Source of the DNA: Anaerolineae bacterium
GTDB lineage: Bacteria; Chloroflexota; Anaerolineae; Anaerolineales; UBA4823
Direction of reading: 5' to 3'
Assembly (NCBI GenBank): GCA_003130835.1
Contig: QEXX01000120.1
Location: 23,997-87,996, forward strand
Length of the DNA: 64,000 nucleotides
Within the stretch, counting starts at the first letter, position 1. Each line of letters starts with the position of its first letter. The notes under the pieces were generated by a model, which searched no databases, had not been told where the DNA came from, and saw only the letters and a list, made by a program, of their open reading frames with translations. This document shows positions 21,403 through 31,932 of the stretch, in pieces. Both the position numbers and the translations under genes were made by a program.

Positions 21403-23100
21403 TTAGGCAGGCGATTTCTCGCGCACCGGACGGCGGATCATGTCGTGTAGATCGGCGCCAGCCGGCACCATCGGGTAAACAGCTTCCTCTTTCTCCACCC
21501 AGAAGTCTAATAACACTGGGCCAGGCGTTTGATTAGCAAATTGCAGGGCATCTTTGACTTCTTCGGGTTTGGTGATTCGCTGTGCAGGGATGCCATGTGC
21601 TTCGGCGATCTTGACAAAATCTGGCCCGTGCAATGGGGTGGCAGCATAACGACTTTCAAAGAAGAATTCCTGCCACTGGCGCACCATGCCCAGGAAATGG
21701 TTGTTCATAATGGCAATTTTGACGCTGGCGCCTTCTTGGACAATGGTCGAGAGTTCGGCCTGTGTCATCTGGAAGCTGCCGTCCCCGTCGATCACCCACA
21801 CATCACGGCTCTTATCGGTGAACCAAACCCCTAAAGCAGCCGGCACACCAAAGCCCATCGTGCCTGCACCACCAGAAGTGATAAACCGATAGGGCTCCTC
21901 AAAGGGATAATACTGAGCCGCCCACATTTGATGCTGTCCGACGCCGGTCGCCAGGGTTGCCTTGCCTTGTGTGGCTTCCCAAATGCTGCGGATGACATGC
22001 GCCGTATAGAGCTTGCCGTCATCGGGCCAGTAGATAATGTCGCGCGAGTCTGACTCTGCCCGCCACTCTTCGATTTGATCGAACCATTCATCATGGCGCG
22101 CTTCTTCAACGTAGGGCAATAAGTCGGTCAGCACCGCTTTTAGATCACCGAAGAGGGGCAAATCAACCACGACGTTTTTGTGAACTTCGGAAGGATCAAT
22201 TTCAACGTGGATTTTCTTGGCATGAGGCGCATAGGTTTTTAGATTGCCGGTTACGCGGTCATCAAAGCGCATGCCAAGGGCAATTAACAAATCGGCGTTC
22301 TGGATGGCGAGGTTGCAATACGCTTCGCCGTGCATCCCCATCATGCCGAGGTTATGAGGGTCGGAAGCCGGCATGGAACCGATGCCCAATAACGTCATCG
22401 CAACCGGGATATGGGCACGATGAGACAGCTCTTGCATCTCGCGATACGCCCGTGAGATCAGCAAACCGTGTCCAGCAAGGATAACCGGCCGGCGGGATTC
22501 TTTGATCATTTGAGCTGCCTTCTTCAACTCAGACGGCGGGGCAGTGCGGGGCGGTTTATAGCCTGGCAGTTCAATTTTCTCAGGATAGACAAACTCAGTT
22601 TTTTGAATCTGGGCGTTCTTACAAATATCAATGAGAACTGGACCCGGTCGGCCGGTGCGGGCGATATAGAAAGCTTCGCGAACAACCTGGGCAATCTCTT
22701 CTGCCCGCGTAACCAAGTAATTGTGCTTGGTGATCGGTAGTGTAATGCCGGTCACATCGGTCTCTTGAAAAGCGTCACCCCCAATCAAGTGTGCATGAAC
22801 TTGCCCGGTGATGAATACAACTGGGGAAGAGTCCATCATAGCCGTGGCGATACCGGTTACCAGATTGGTCGCCCCGGGACCCGAAGTCGCCAATGCAACC
22901 CCAACTTTACCGGATGCCCGTGCGTAACCATCTGCCATGTGGGCTGCGCCTTGTTCGTGGCGGACCAACACATGGTGAACGGGGTATTTCAGCATCGCAT
23001 CGTAGATTGGCATATTGGCACCGCCCGGAATGCCGAAGACGACTTCGACTCCTTCCCGCATAAGACATTCCCATAAAATTTCAGCTCCACTTAGTTCCAT
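21403..23100 (-). CDS. ilvB: Acetolactate synthase large subunit
   Basis: ThDP enzyme motifs (GGAGTMGFGVPAALG, GDGSFQM...NN). Confidence 0.95.
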   Translation of the reverse strand: MELSGAEILWECLMREGVEVVFGIPGGANMPIYDAMLKYPVHHVLVRHEQGAAHMADGYARASGKVGVALATSGPGATNLVTGIATAMMDSSPVVFITGQVHAHLIGGDAFQETDVTGITLPITKHNYLVTRAEEIAQVVREAFYIARTGRPGPVLIDICKNAQIQKTEFVYPEKIELPGYKPPRTAPPSELKKAAQMIKESRRPVILAGHGLLISRAYREMQELSHRAHIPVAMTLLGIGSMPASDPHNLGMMGMHGEAYCNLAIQNADLLIALGMRFDDRVTGNLKTYAPHAKKIHVEIDPSEVHKNVVVDLPLFGDLKAVLTDLLPYVEEARHDEWFDQIEEWRAESDSRDIIYWPDDGKLYTAHVIRSIWEATQGKATLATGVGQHQMWAAQYYPFEEPYRFITSGGAGTMGFGVPAALGVWFTDKSRDVWVIDGDGSFQMTQAELSTIVQEGASVKIAIMNNHFLGMVRQWQEFFFESRYAATPLHGPDFVKIAEAHGIPAQRITKPEEVKDALQFANQTPGPVLLDFWVEKEEAVYPMVPAGADLHDMIRRPVREKSPA

Positions 23101-23131
23101 CGTTTACCTCTCTTTCGTTGTCAACTGCAAA

Positions 23132-24796
23132 TTAGACTAATACGGCTCCTTGCGACGCGCTGGTGACAAAGCGCGCATAGCGACGCAACCACGGGCTAGT
23201 GGTGCGCGGTTCAAAAGGGGGTAGGGCTGCTAAACGGTCTTGAATTTCTTCGTCGCTTAAGCGCACGTTAAGGGTGCGGCGATCGATATCTATCTCAATG
23301 ATGTCTCCATCCCGCAGGGCAGCGATTGGCCCGCCAGCGGCAGCTTCTGGGCTGACATGTCCGATGCACGCTCCGCGGGTGCCACCCGAAAAACGCCCAT
23401 CGGTGATCAGGGCGACCGATTCGCCCAAACCCATCCCCATGATGGCAGAAGTGGGAGCAAGCATTTCCTGCATGCCAGGTCCACCGCGCGGCCCTTCATA
23501 ACGAATGACCACCACGTCACCGGGTTGCACTTGTTTGCCTAAAATGCCTTCTAGCGCTTCTTCTTGGCTCTCATAGATGCGGGCTGGACCGCTGAAACGG
23601 CGCATAGATGGCATCACGCCGCCGGTTTTGACGATGCTGCCCTGTGGGGCAAGGTTGCCGAACAAGACGGCGAGACCGCCAGTCGGGCTATGGGGATTCT
23701 CCAATGGGCGAATAACTTCCGAATCGCGGACGGTTATCCCAGCAATCGACTCTTTTAGCGTGCGCCCGCTGACCGTTAGCCGTTCGGTGTGCAAGGTGTT
23801 TCCACTTCGGGCGATCTCGTTCAAAATCGCCGGAATGCCGCCGGCGCGGTGCAAGTCCTCCATGTGCCACGGCCCAGAAGGGCTGATCTTGGACAGATAG
23901 GGGGTTTTGTCGGCAATGGCATTGATGCGCTCTAAGGAGTAGGAAATGCCGGCTTCGTGGGCAAAGGCTAAGGTGTGCAGGACGGTATTTGTGCTGCCAC
24001 CCATAGCCATATCCAACGCAAAGGCATCGTCAATGGCTTCCAGGGTGACCAGTTGGCGTGGCGTGATATTGCGTTCGACCAAGGTCAGGATTTGAGCGGC
24101 TGCTCGGCGTGCCAATTCCTCTCGCTCTGCGGTCTGCGCTAAAGCCGTGCCGTTATATGGCAACGCCAAACCGAGCGCTTCCAGTAAACAGTTCATCGAG
24201 TTGGCAGTGAATAATCCCGAACAAGACCCGCACGAAGGACAGGCAAAATCCTCTAGAACCTTTAGACGAGCCTCGCTAATCTTGCCAGCTTTATACGCTC
24301 CCACCCCCTCGAAAACTGAGATGAGATCGATGGTCTCCCCTTCCGGGGTTTTTCCGGCTGCCATTGGCCCACCGGAGATGAAAATTGTGGGGATGTCCAC
24401 CCGCAATGCGCCCATGATCATGCCCGGCACGATCTTGTCGCAGTTAGGGATGCATACCATCCCGTCAAACTGATGCGCCTCGATCATCGTCTCGACGCTA
24501 TCGGCGATCAGCTCACGCGAAGGCAGGCTGTATTTCATGCCTAGGTGCCCCATGGCGATGCCATCGTCAACACCAATGGTATTGAACTCAAAGGGTACAC
24601 CACCGGCCGCCCGCACTGCTTCTTTAACCAACTTGCCAAATTGCTGCAGGTGTACATGCCCTGGCACAATGTCGACATACGAGTTGACAATGGCGATAAA
24701 GGGCTTGGAGAAATCCTCATCGCGCACACCGGTTGCTTTGAGCAACGCTCGGTGGGGAGCTCTTTCAAAACCTTTCTTTATCCGATCTGATCTCAT
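23132..24796 (-). CDS. ilvD: Dihydroxy-acid dehydratase
   Basis: [13 protein letters not shown] and CPSCGSCSG motifs. ATG 24796 is preceded by AGAGG. The ORF track starts at the in-frame GTG 24802. Confidence 0.95.
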   Translation of the reverse strand: MRSDRIKKGFERAPHRALLKATGVRDEDFSKPFIAIVNSYVDIVPGHVHLQQFGKLVKEAVRAAGGVPFEFNTIGVDDGIAMGHLGMKYSLPSRELIADSVETMIEAHQFDGMVCIPNCDKIVPGMIMGALRVDIPTIFISGGPMAAGKTPEGETIDLISVFEGVGAYKAGKISEARLKVLEDFACPSCGSCSGLFTANSMNCLLEALGLALPYNGTALAQTAEREELARRAAAQILTLVERNITPRQLVTLEAIDDAFALDMAMGGSTNTVLHTLAFAHEAGISYSLERINAIADKTPYLSKISPSGPWHMEDLHRAGGIPAILNEIARSGNTLHTERLTVSGRTLKESIAGITVRDSEVIRPLENPHSPTGGLAVLFGNLAPQGSIVKTGGVMPSMRRFSGPARIYESQEEALEGILGKQVQPGDVVVIRYEGPRGGPGMQEMLAPTSAIMGMGLGESVALITDGRFSGGTRGACIGHVSPEAAAGGPIAALRDGDIIEIDIDRRTLNVRLSDEEIQDRLAALPPFEPRTTSPWLRRYARFVTSASQGAVLV

Positions 24797-24807
24797 TGTC
24801 ACCTCTT

Positions 24808-24847
24808 CTAAAAATCAACGGGGCTGCTCTTGGTGGGCAGCCCCGTT
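24808..24847 (-). terminator. Attenuator terminator immediately upstream of ilvD
   Basis: On the minus strand: AACGGGGCTGC - 9 nt loop - GCAGCCCCGTT (11-bp perfect stem), followed by GATTTTTAG. It ends about 12 nt before the ilvD ATG. Confidence 0.7.
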
Positions 24848-24872
24848 TCGTTCGTTCCTTAGGTAGATAGAA

Positions 24873-24971
24873 TTATCTCCGCGAGGTTGCCCAAACCGGT
24901 AATGGGTTCTCAATGATAACCACGAGAACCAACAAGCTACCAAGTATGAGCGAAAGCGAGAGATAATTCAT
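24873..24971 (-). promoter_or_regulatory. ilv-leu leader peptide ORF (32 codons, rich in Leu/Val/Ile)
   Basis: The minus strand encodes MNYLSLSLILGSLLVLVVIIENPLPVWATSRR*, with AAAGGA 9 nt upstream of the ATG. The stop lies about 20 nt before the terminator stem. The run LLVLVVII resembles the E. coli ilvL leader. Confidence 0.6.
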
Positions 24972-25240
24972 CGCCAAGAATCCTTTCGGTCAATTCGTTT
25001 CTTGCGCATGAGTTTAGCTGATTCTATAGTGGCTGTCTATCGCAAAACTATACGAAAATGGCATCTCATCTTTTGTTAACCTTGTTGTTTTTCCTTGCCT
25101 AATAGACTGCCAATTTCGAATTTTGAACTCAAAACCTTTCCTCCGCTTTTCTGATTCTCAGGAAAGTTTTTCTTGAGGTGTAGGGTTCAACATCCTCGCC
25201 TGGCTCGGACGAGTCGTTTAGCAATTGGGCTTTAGAGGGG

Positions 25241-28168
25241 CTAGAAGCATACAATGCGGCGCAGAAATTGGCCGGTGTAAGAGCGGGGGTTGGCGCAGAT
25301 TTCCTCAGGTGTTCCAACGGCTACGATTTCGCCGCCGCGATCGCCTCCCTCCGGGCCCATATCAATAATGTAATCAGCCACCTTGATAATATCTAGATTG
25401 TGTTCGATGATTAAGACCGTGTTCCCCCCTTCCACCAGCCGTTGCAAGACCTCGATGAGCCTGTGCACATCTGCAGCATGTAGCCCAACCGACGGCTCAT
25501 CTAAGACGTAGAGCGTGCGCCCGGTCGACCGCTTGGAAAGCTCTTTGGCTAGTTTCACCCGCTGCGCTTCTCCGCCCGAAAGGGTGGGGGCGGGCTGGCC
25601 GATGCGAATATACCCCAGCCCGACATCCTGAAGGGTCTTCAGGCGGTTGATCATATTGGGAAAGGCCGCGAAGACCTCCATTGCCTTATCGACCGTCAAA
25701 TCCAATACATCGGCGATGCTATAATCCTTGAAGCGCACCTGCAAAGTCTCTCGGTTGAAGCGTGCCCCATGGCAGACATCACACGGCACGTAAATATCTG
25801 GCAGGAATTGCATCTCGATGCGCAGTTGCCCCTGCCCTTGACAGGCTTCACAGCGCCCACCGTGCACGTTAAAGGAAAAACGTCCGGGTTTATAGCCGCG
25901 CATTTTGCTTTCCGGCAGTTCGGCAAAAAGGGCGCGGATCAGGTCGAACAAGCCGGTGTAAGTGCCAGGGTTGGAGCGCGGTGTGCGACCGATGGGCGAT
26001 TGATCGATGTTGATGACCTTATCGATATGTTCTAAGCCTTCTATGCGGTCATGGTCGCCGGGTTGGGTGTGAGTGTGATAGAGGTGTTGCGCTAGGGCTT
26101 TATATAGAATTTCTATCATCAAGGTGGATTTGCCCGAGCCAGAGACGCCAGTAATGCACACCAAGCGGCCTAATGGAATCTCGACATCGATATTCTTTAG
26201 ATTGTTTTCGCGCGCCCCGATGATGCGTAGGACTTTTCCGTTGCCGTTGCGGCGCACGCTGGGAATCGGCACATGCAGACGCCGCGAGAGATACGCGCCG
26301 GTTAAGGAGCGGGGGTTGTTCAAGATGTCTTGCAAGGTGCCTTGCGCCACGATTTCCCCGCCGTTTTCTCCGGCGCCCGGGCCTAAGTCCACAATCCAAT
26401 CGGCCGACCGGATGGTTTCTTCATCGTGTTCAACAACCAGAACGGTATTGCCCTGGTCGCGCAAACCTTCCAAGGTTCGCAACAAGCGGGCGTTATCGCG
26501 GGGGTGCAAGCCAATGGAGGGTTCATCCAATACATACAACACCCCCATCAAGCGCGAGCCGATCTGGGTAGCCAAGCGGATGCGTTGTGCCTCGCCTCCC
26601 GAAAGCGAAGCAGCGGTGCGCTTGAGGGTCAAGTAGTCTAAGCCTACATCCACCAAAAAGCCTAAGCGTGCTTTGATTTCCTTTAGGATGCGCTCGGCAA
26701 TCATCTTCTGCCGAGCGGTCAGGGGAGACTGTTCGCCGCTTAGATAGTCCACCCATTGTAAGGTGCGCAGGACGGGCCATTCGGTCACTTCAATAATGTT
26801 ATAACCATCGATCGTTACCGCCAGAGCTTCCTGGCGCAAGCGTTGGCCATTACAGCGTGGGCACACCACTTCGCTCATCACTTCGGCGATTTTTTCACGA
26901 ATGTATTCTGAGTTGGTTTCTTGGTAACGACGATGGAGGTTGTTGATTACCCCTTCAAAGGGAGCGCGGAAGGTGGCTTCGCGGCCTTCGCGATTATAGC
27001 GGATGGTCACCTCTTTGCCACCGGTCCCATAAAGGATGATGTCCAATTTTTCCGCTGGCAGACTGCTAACTGGGGCGTTCAAGTCGATGTGGTATTCGCG
27101 AGCAACGGCTTGAAGCGCTTGCCAGTAATACCCTCCCTCTTCGCGCGGCCCGTGCCACTCTGAAACGATAATTGCCCCTTCGTTTAGCGATAGTTCCTTG
27201 TTGGGAATCAGCAGATCAGGGTCGATGACCAATCTGCCTCCTAATCCCTGACACTCCGGACAAGCCCCATGCGGGGTGTTGAATGAGAAAGTGCGCGGTT
27301 CGATCTCTGGCAAGCTAACCCCGTGTTCAGGACAAGCGAGGTGTTCGGAAAAATGCCAATCATACGGGGACGGTGGAGAGGCTGTCTCTGCTTCTGGATG
27401 TGGCGAAGTCTGTGGTGGCAGGGAGGGTATGACCTGCACAGTGAGATAACCCTCGCCGAATTTCAACGCTGTCTCGACCGAATCGGTCAAGCGGCTGCGG
27501 AAGGTCTTGCCATTCTCCTCGTCCTCTTCTTGCGGGATGATCAACCGATCGACAACGGCTTCGATAGTATGCAGTTTATAACGGTCTAGAGGAATTTCCT
27601 CTTCCAGCGGATAGACCGTGCCGTCCACTCGGGCACGGGTGAAGCCGGCTTTGCGTATCTCATCGAAGACCGCCTGATGGGTGCCTTTGCGTCCACGAAT
27701 CAGGGGGGCTAGGATCAAGAACCGTGTGCCAGGCGGTAGGGTTAGGATGGCATCCACGATTTCTTGGGCGGATTGTTTGGTCACTTCGCGCCCACACACC
27801 GGACAATGGGGAATGCCAACGCGTGCATAGAGCAAGCGCAGGTAGTCATAGATTTCGGTCACTGTCCCCACCGTTGAGCGCGGGTTGTGAGAAACGCCTT
27901 TTTGGTCAATCGAAACGGCCGGCGAAAGCCCTTCGATATAGTCAACATCGGGTTTCTCCATTTGCCCTAGAAATTGACGTGCGTAGGCTGAAAGCGATTC
28001 GACATAGCGCCGCTGGCCCTCGGCAAAGATGGTGTCGAAGGCGAGAGAGGATTTCCCCGAACCCGAAAGTCCGGTGATCACCACCAGCTTATCGCGGGGG
28101 ATGTCGACACTGATGTTTTTCAAATTGTGAACGCGCGCTCCAACGACCCGCAGAACATTTTGAGACAT
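25241..28168 (-). CDS. uvrA: Excinuclease ABC subunit A
   Basis: Two ABC ATPase modules ([18 protein letters not shown], two LSGGEAQR signatures) and zinc-finger CxxC pairs. Start moved to ATG 28168 ([18 protein letters not shown]). Confidence 0.97.
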   Translation of the reverse strand: MSQNVLRVVGARVHNLKNISVDIPRDKLVVITGLSGSGKSSLAFDTIFAEGQRRYVESLSAYARQFLGQMEKPDVDYIEGLSPAVSIDQKGVSHNPRSTVGTVTEIYDYLRLLYARVGIPHCPVCGREVTKQSAQEIVDAILTLPPGTRFLILAPLIRGRKGTHQAVFDEIRKAGFTRARVDGTVYPLEEEIPLDRYKLHTIEAVVDRLIIPQEEDEENGKTFRSRLTDSVETALKFGEGYLTVQVIPSLPPQTSPHPEAETASPPSPYDWHFSEHLACPEHGVSLPEIEPRTFSFNTPHGACPECQGLGGRLVIDPDLLIPNKELSLNEGAIIVSEWHGPREEGGYYWQALQAVAREYHIDLNAPVSSLPAEKLDIILYGTGGKEVTIRYNREGREATFRAPFEGVINNLHRRYQETNSEYIREKIAEVMSEVVCPRCNGQRLRQEALAVTIDGYNIIEVTEWPVLRTLQWVDYLSGEQSPLTARQKMIAERILKEIKARLGFLVDVGLDYLTLKRTAASLSGGEAQRIRLATQIGSRLMGVLYVLDEPSIGLHPRDNARLLRTLEGLRDQGNTVLVVEHDEETIRSADWIVDLGPGAGENGGEIVAQGTLQDILNNPRSLTGAYLSRRLHVPIPSVRRNGNGKVLRIIGARENNLKNIDVEIPLGRLVCITGVSGSGKSTLMIEILYKALAQHLYHTHTQPGDHDRIEGLEHIDKVINIDQSPIGRTPRSNPGTYTGLFDLIRALFAELPESKMRGYKPGRFSFNVHGGRCEACQGQGQLRIEMQFLPDIYVPCDVCHGARFNRETLQVRFKDYSIADVLDLTVDKAMEVFAAFPNMINRLKTLQDVGLGYIRIGQPAPTLSGGEAQRVKLAKELSKRSTGRTLYVLDEPSVGLHAADVHRLIEVLQRLVEGGNTVLIIEHNLDIIKVADYIIDMGPEGGDRGGEIVAVGTPEEICANPRSYTGQFLRRIVCF

Positions 28169-28456
28169 ACCGTTCCTACCTGAGACAAAATTCTTCAGAC
28201 CTTTCATTATACCAAGCCATGCGAAAGGAAAGCTTTGCTGGCGAAAATCGCCCAAAAATCACTCTTTGAGTTGCGCATGTTTCCTCTCAAACTTCTCAAT
28301 TCAAAGGCAATGTTCCAAGCTGCTCTCTAGACGAAAAAACACCCCCAAAACGGCAGTTTGAAGCGACAAGTGTCAATTATAATCAGGGCAGGTTGTGCCT
28401 ATCGTCCAAGAGAGGGGCTTGATTCCTCGAATGGAAAGCGCAAGGGATGATTCCGC

Positions 28457-29149
28457 TTGAGCAAGTCAACTCTGGGCATAATCGAAAGAGCAGTACTCGC
28501 TGGAGGTGTCAACTTGAGTGCCAAGGATGAACTTGAACAAATTGCTCAACAAGTCGCCCAGTGCCAATTGTGCGAATTGCACTTTTCGCGCAAACGGGCG
28601 GTACCCGGCGAAGGTCCGGCCAACGCTGAGATTATGTTTATCGGCGAAGGACCTGGGTTTCATGAAAATGAGCAGGGAAGACCTTTTGTCGGCGCAGCAG
28701 GGAAGTTTTTGGATGAATTGCTAGGGAAAATTGGGATGCGTCGCGATCAGGTTTACATCACCAACGTGGTCAAGTGTCGTCCGCCATCCAACCGTGACCC
28801 CAAACCCGAAGAAGTCGAGATTTGCACCAAGCATTACCTTGAGCGTCAAATCCAAGCCATCAATCCCAAAGTGATTATCACGTTGGGGCGCTATTCGATG
28901 GGACTTTTCCTTTCGAACGCAAAAATCTCCGAAGTGCACGGGCAGTCTTTTTGGGTCAAGGGGCGCCTGATTGTGCCAATGTATCACCCCGCGGCCGGAT
29001 TGCATCAACTCTCCCTTAAGCCAGTGATTGAAAAAGACTTTTTGCGCTTACCAGAACTGTTGGAGAAATCGAGACATTCCGAGCAAGAAAGCACTCCTCC
29101 TTCGAGCTTTGATTCGGACCAACCTGCTAAACAACTTTCGTTATTCTAA
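28457..29149 (+). CDS. Family 4 uracil-DNA glycosylase
   Basis: CxxC...GEGPGFHENEQGRPFVGAAGKFL motif A and a YHPAA motif B. The TTG start is uncertain. Confidence 0.8.
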   Translation: MSKSTLGIIERAVLAGGVNLSAKDELEQIAQQVAQCQLCELHFSRKRAVPGEGPANAEIMFIGEGPGFHENEQGRPFVGAAGKFLDELLGKIGMRRDQVYITNVVKCRPPSNRDPKPEEVEICTKHYLERQIQAINPKVIITLGRYSMGLFLSNAKISEVHGQSFWVKGRLIVPMYHPAAGLHQLSLKPVIEKDFLRLPELLEKSRHSEQESTPPSSFDSDQPAKQLSLF

Positions 29150-29158
29150 GGAGTCTGT

Positions 29159-30478
29159 ATGAGTTATGCAAAGGATGCTCTGCTGGAAAAACTTGAGCAG
29201 AAAACGGCCCAAGTTGCTGTGCTGGGGTTGGGCTATGTGGGTCTGCCGCTAGCGGTCGTCTTTGCCGAAGCCGGCTTCCGGGTGGTCGGCATCGACCCCG
29301 ATGAGCGCAAGGTCGAGACGATCCTGCGTGGCGAAAGCCATATCCAAGATGTGCCTTCGGCTACCATCAAAGCCCTTGTGCAGACCCAGAAACTGCAAGC
29401 CACCAGCGATTTCGCCGCGATTCAAGAGGCCGATGCGGTCAGTATTTGCGTGCCAACCCCTTTGCGCAAAACCGGTGATCCCGATCTCTCTTTTATTCTG
29501 AACGCAACTGAGCACTTGGCGCGGTATATTCATCCTGGTATGGTAATTGTGTTGGAGTCAACCACCTATCCGGGCACCACTCGCGAAATCCTTCTGCCTC
29601 GCTTGGAGCAACACAACAGCCTGGTCGTGGGCGAAAACTTCTTTCTTGCTTTCTCCCCCGAACGGGTCGATCCGGGGCGCACCGACTGGACGACCTACAA
29701 CACGCCCAAAGTGGTCGGTGGGATTACCCAGGCTTGTACCGAAGTCGCCAGCCGCTGGTATCAACAAGCACTGCAAACGGTTGTGCCGGTTTCTTCTGCC
29801 GAAGTGGCGGAGATGGCAAAATTGCTCGAGAACACGTTTCGCATGATCAATATCGGCATGGTCAACGAGATGGCGATCATGTGCGACCGGTTGGGAATCG
29901 ATGTGTGGGAAGTGATCGACGCTGCTGCGACCAAGCCCTTTGGCTTTATGAAGTTTACGCCGGGTCCGGGCTTGGGTGGTCATTGTATCCCGATTGACCC
30001 CCTCTATCTTTCTTGGAAACTGCGTGCCTTGAAATACACTGCCCGCTTTATTGAGTTGGCTTCTGAGATCAATACCAATATGCCGCGCTATGTGGTGGGG
30101 AAGGTGCAGGATGCCCTTAACGAGCAAGGCAAAGCGCTGAAAGGCAGCGCGGTGCTGGTGTTGGGGGCAGCCTACAAAGCGGATATCGACGACCTACGCG
30201 AGTCCCCCGCATTGGATGTCATCGGCTTGCTGCATCAGAAAGGCGCACGGGTGAGCTATCACGACCCGTATATTCCCTCTTTGAACCATGATGGCTTGGA
30301 TTATCAAAGTGTTCCTGACCTCATGGAAGCCGTTCGTCAGGCGGATTGTGTGGTGATCGTCACCAATCACAGCAGCTACAACTATACCGCCATCCTTGAG
30401 AACGCCCAATTGATCGTTGATACCCGCAATGCGCTGGGCAAACTTGGCAAGGGGCATCCAAAGGTTATACGGTTGTGA
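29159..30478 (+). CDS. Nucleotide-sugar (UDP-N-acetyl-hexosamine / UDP-glucose family) 6-dehydrogenase
   Basis: VLGLGYVGLPLA Rossmann motif and the catalytic GGHCIPIDP motif. Confidence 0.9.
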   Translation: MSYAKDALLEKLEQKTAQVAVLGLGYVGLPLAVVFAEAGFRVVGIDPDERKVETILRGESHIQDVPSATIKALVQTQKLQATSDFAAIQEADAVSICVPTPLRKTGDPDLSFILNATEHLARYIHPGMVIVLESTTYPGTTREILLPRLEQHNSLVVGENFFLAFSPERVDPGRTDWTTYNTPKVVGGITQACTEVASRWYQQALQTVVPVSSAEVAEMAKLLENTFRMINIGMVNEMAIMCDRLGIDVWEVIDAAATKPFGFMKFTPGPGLGGHCIPIDPLYLSWKLRALKYTARFIELASEINTNMPRYVVGKVQDALNEQGKALKGSAVLVLGAAYKADIDDLRESPALDVIGLLHQKGARVSYHDPYIPSLNHDGLDYQSVPDLMEAVRQADCVVIVTNHSSYNYTAILENAQLIVDTRNALGKLGKGHPKVIRL

Positions 30479-30533
30479 AGGTCAGGCTAACGCACAAGCC
30501 CTTTTGGATTGAGGTCGTTTATAATACTTCGTG

Positions 30534-31932
30534 ATGACACCCCTTTCGCAAGATACTCTCTTTCGCTTAGAAGATTTTACTCTCCTAACAGCAAGACGGA
30601 AAAACGTCTTGTCCTCGCCGAAACAATATGGGAGCTCGGATGAAGATGCGCGACCCTATCTGATTGAGGGTGGTTGGCACTTAATTCATGCTCCTCAGGA
30701 AATACAATTTCAACCCAACACAAGTGAAGCCGTGCATCGTTGGTCGCCTTATGTGCAGGGCTTTTCAGCTAGTTTTGTCCAACGAACCCTTGAAAGATAT
30801 CGAGACGAGTACAATGTCCCAAAAGTCCTGGACCCATTTGCCGGCAGTGGAACGGTACTGGTGCAATCCAAATTCAATGGATTTCCCTCTTTTGGCATCG
30901 AATTAAACCCTCTTTTACACTTCATTACTAGTGTAAAGGTTGCCAATTGGCATATCGATCCGCAAAGGTGGTTGAGCACGGTAGAAATGTTGCTTGACAC
31001 AAGCCGTAGCCTTTCTACACCCAATTTCACCGCTCCATCCTTCCTGAAATCAGAAACCCATTTTCGAGCACCTGTTCTACGTAATCTGGAGAAACTTAAG
31101 GCGACAATCGATTGGCTGGATCCCGTAGACCCTGTAATGCAGGGGATTAAGAATCTATGTCTCCTTGCTTTTGCTTCAATCTTGATCGATTGCAGTAATC
31201 TTAAGCGTTCGCCTTGCCTGGGTTATTGCCGAACGAAAAAGGTTGAGGATGACGCACCGTTCCATCTTTTTGCCCAGAAAAGCAGACAAATAGCAGCCGA
31301 TTTAGAATTCTGCCAAAGTCAGTATGCCGCTGTACTGAACACGCCAAGCACGGTATTTTTGGGGAATTCAATGAGCCTTGGCTTGCCTGAAATGGTCGAC
31401 TTGATTATCACGTCTCCCCCCTATATGAATGGCCTTGACTATGTGATGAACTATAAAATTGAAATGGGTTGGTTGAATTTTGGACAGAGTCATCGGCAAC
31501 TTATTAAAAGATCAGATGGTGGTTTGCGATAACGTTTCTAAGGGTTTGATCCGAGATTTCGCTCAAACCGCTGGTTATACCCATCCATGGATTGAGCGAA
31601 TTAAAGCGGATATTCGGGACAGCATCAAGCGCAGAGGGAACTACCGTCGTAAAGATATGCCAGAAATTGTGCACAAATACTTTGATGATATGCACCAAGT
31701 TATGCGCAATGTGGTGCAATATCTGAGAAAGGGTGGGCGATTTATTCTTGTTGTCGGCGATAGCCTCATTGCAGATGTTTACGTACCGACTGACTTGATC
31801 CTGGCACGTATGGGGGAAGACCTTGGATTACGGGTTGAAAAGTTGGAAAAGGCTCGAGAGCGCCGTTCAGGTCAGATCCGCAGCTATCGTTTACGTGAAA
31901 CGATCCTTACGCTATACAAAGAGGTCGAGTGA
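30534..31932 (+). pseudogene. Amino (N6A/N4C) DNA methyltransferase split by a +1 frameshift
   Basis: Motif [11 protein letters not shown] and motif IV SPPYMNGLDY lie in frame 0, which stops at 31532. The C-terminal third continues in frame +1 from about 31500. Alignment by eye to the intact paralog at 53771..55255 places the shift at 31495-31512 (cttattaaaagatcag). Confidence 0.75.

Noticed and set aside
24803-25240. Possibility of a T-box or other riboswitch upstream of ilvD
   Set aside because: I saw no T-box consensus (AANNNGGTGGNACCGCG-like) and no long specifier stem. The leader peptide plus terminator explains the region better. The 62-aa ORF at 25129..25317 overlaps the uvrA 3' end and looks spurious.
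28169-28255. 29-codon N-terminal extension of uvrA
   Set aside because: UvrA proteins begin close to the first Walker A region. [18 protein letters not shown] at ATG 28168 matches the usual start.
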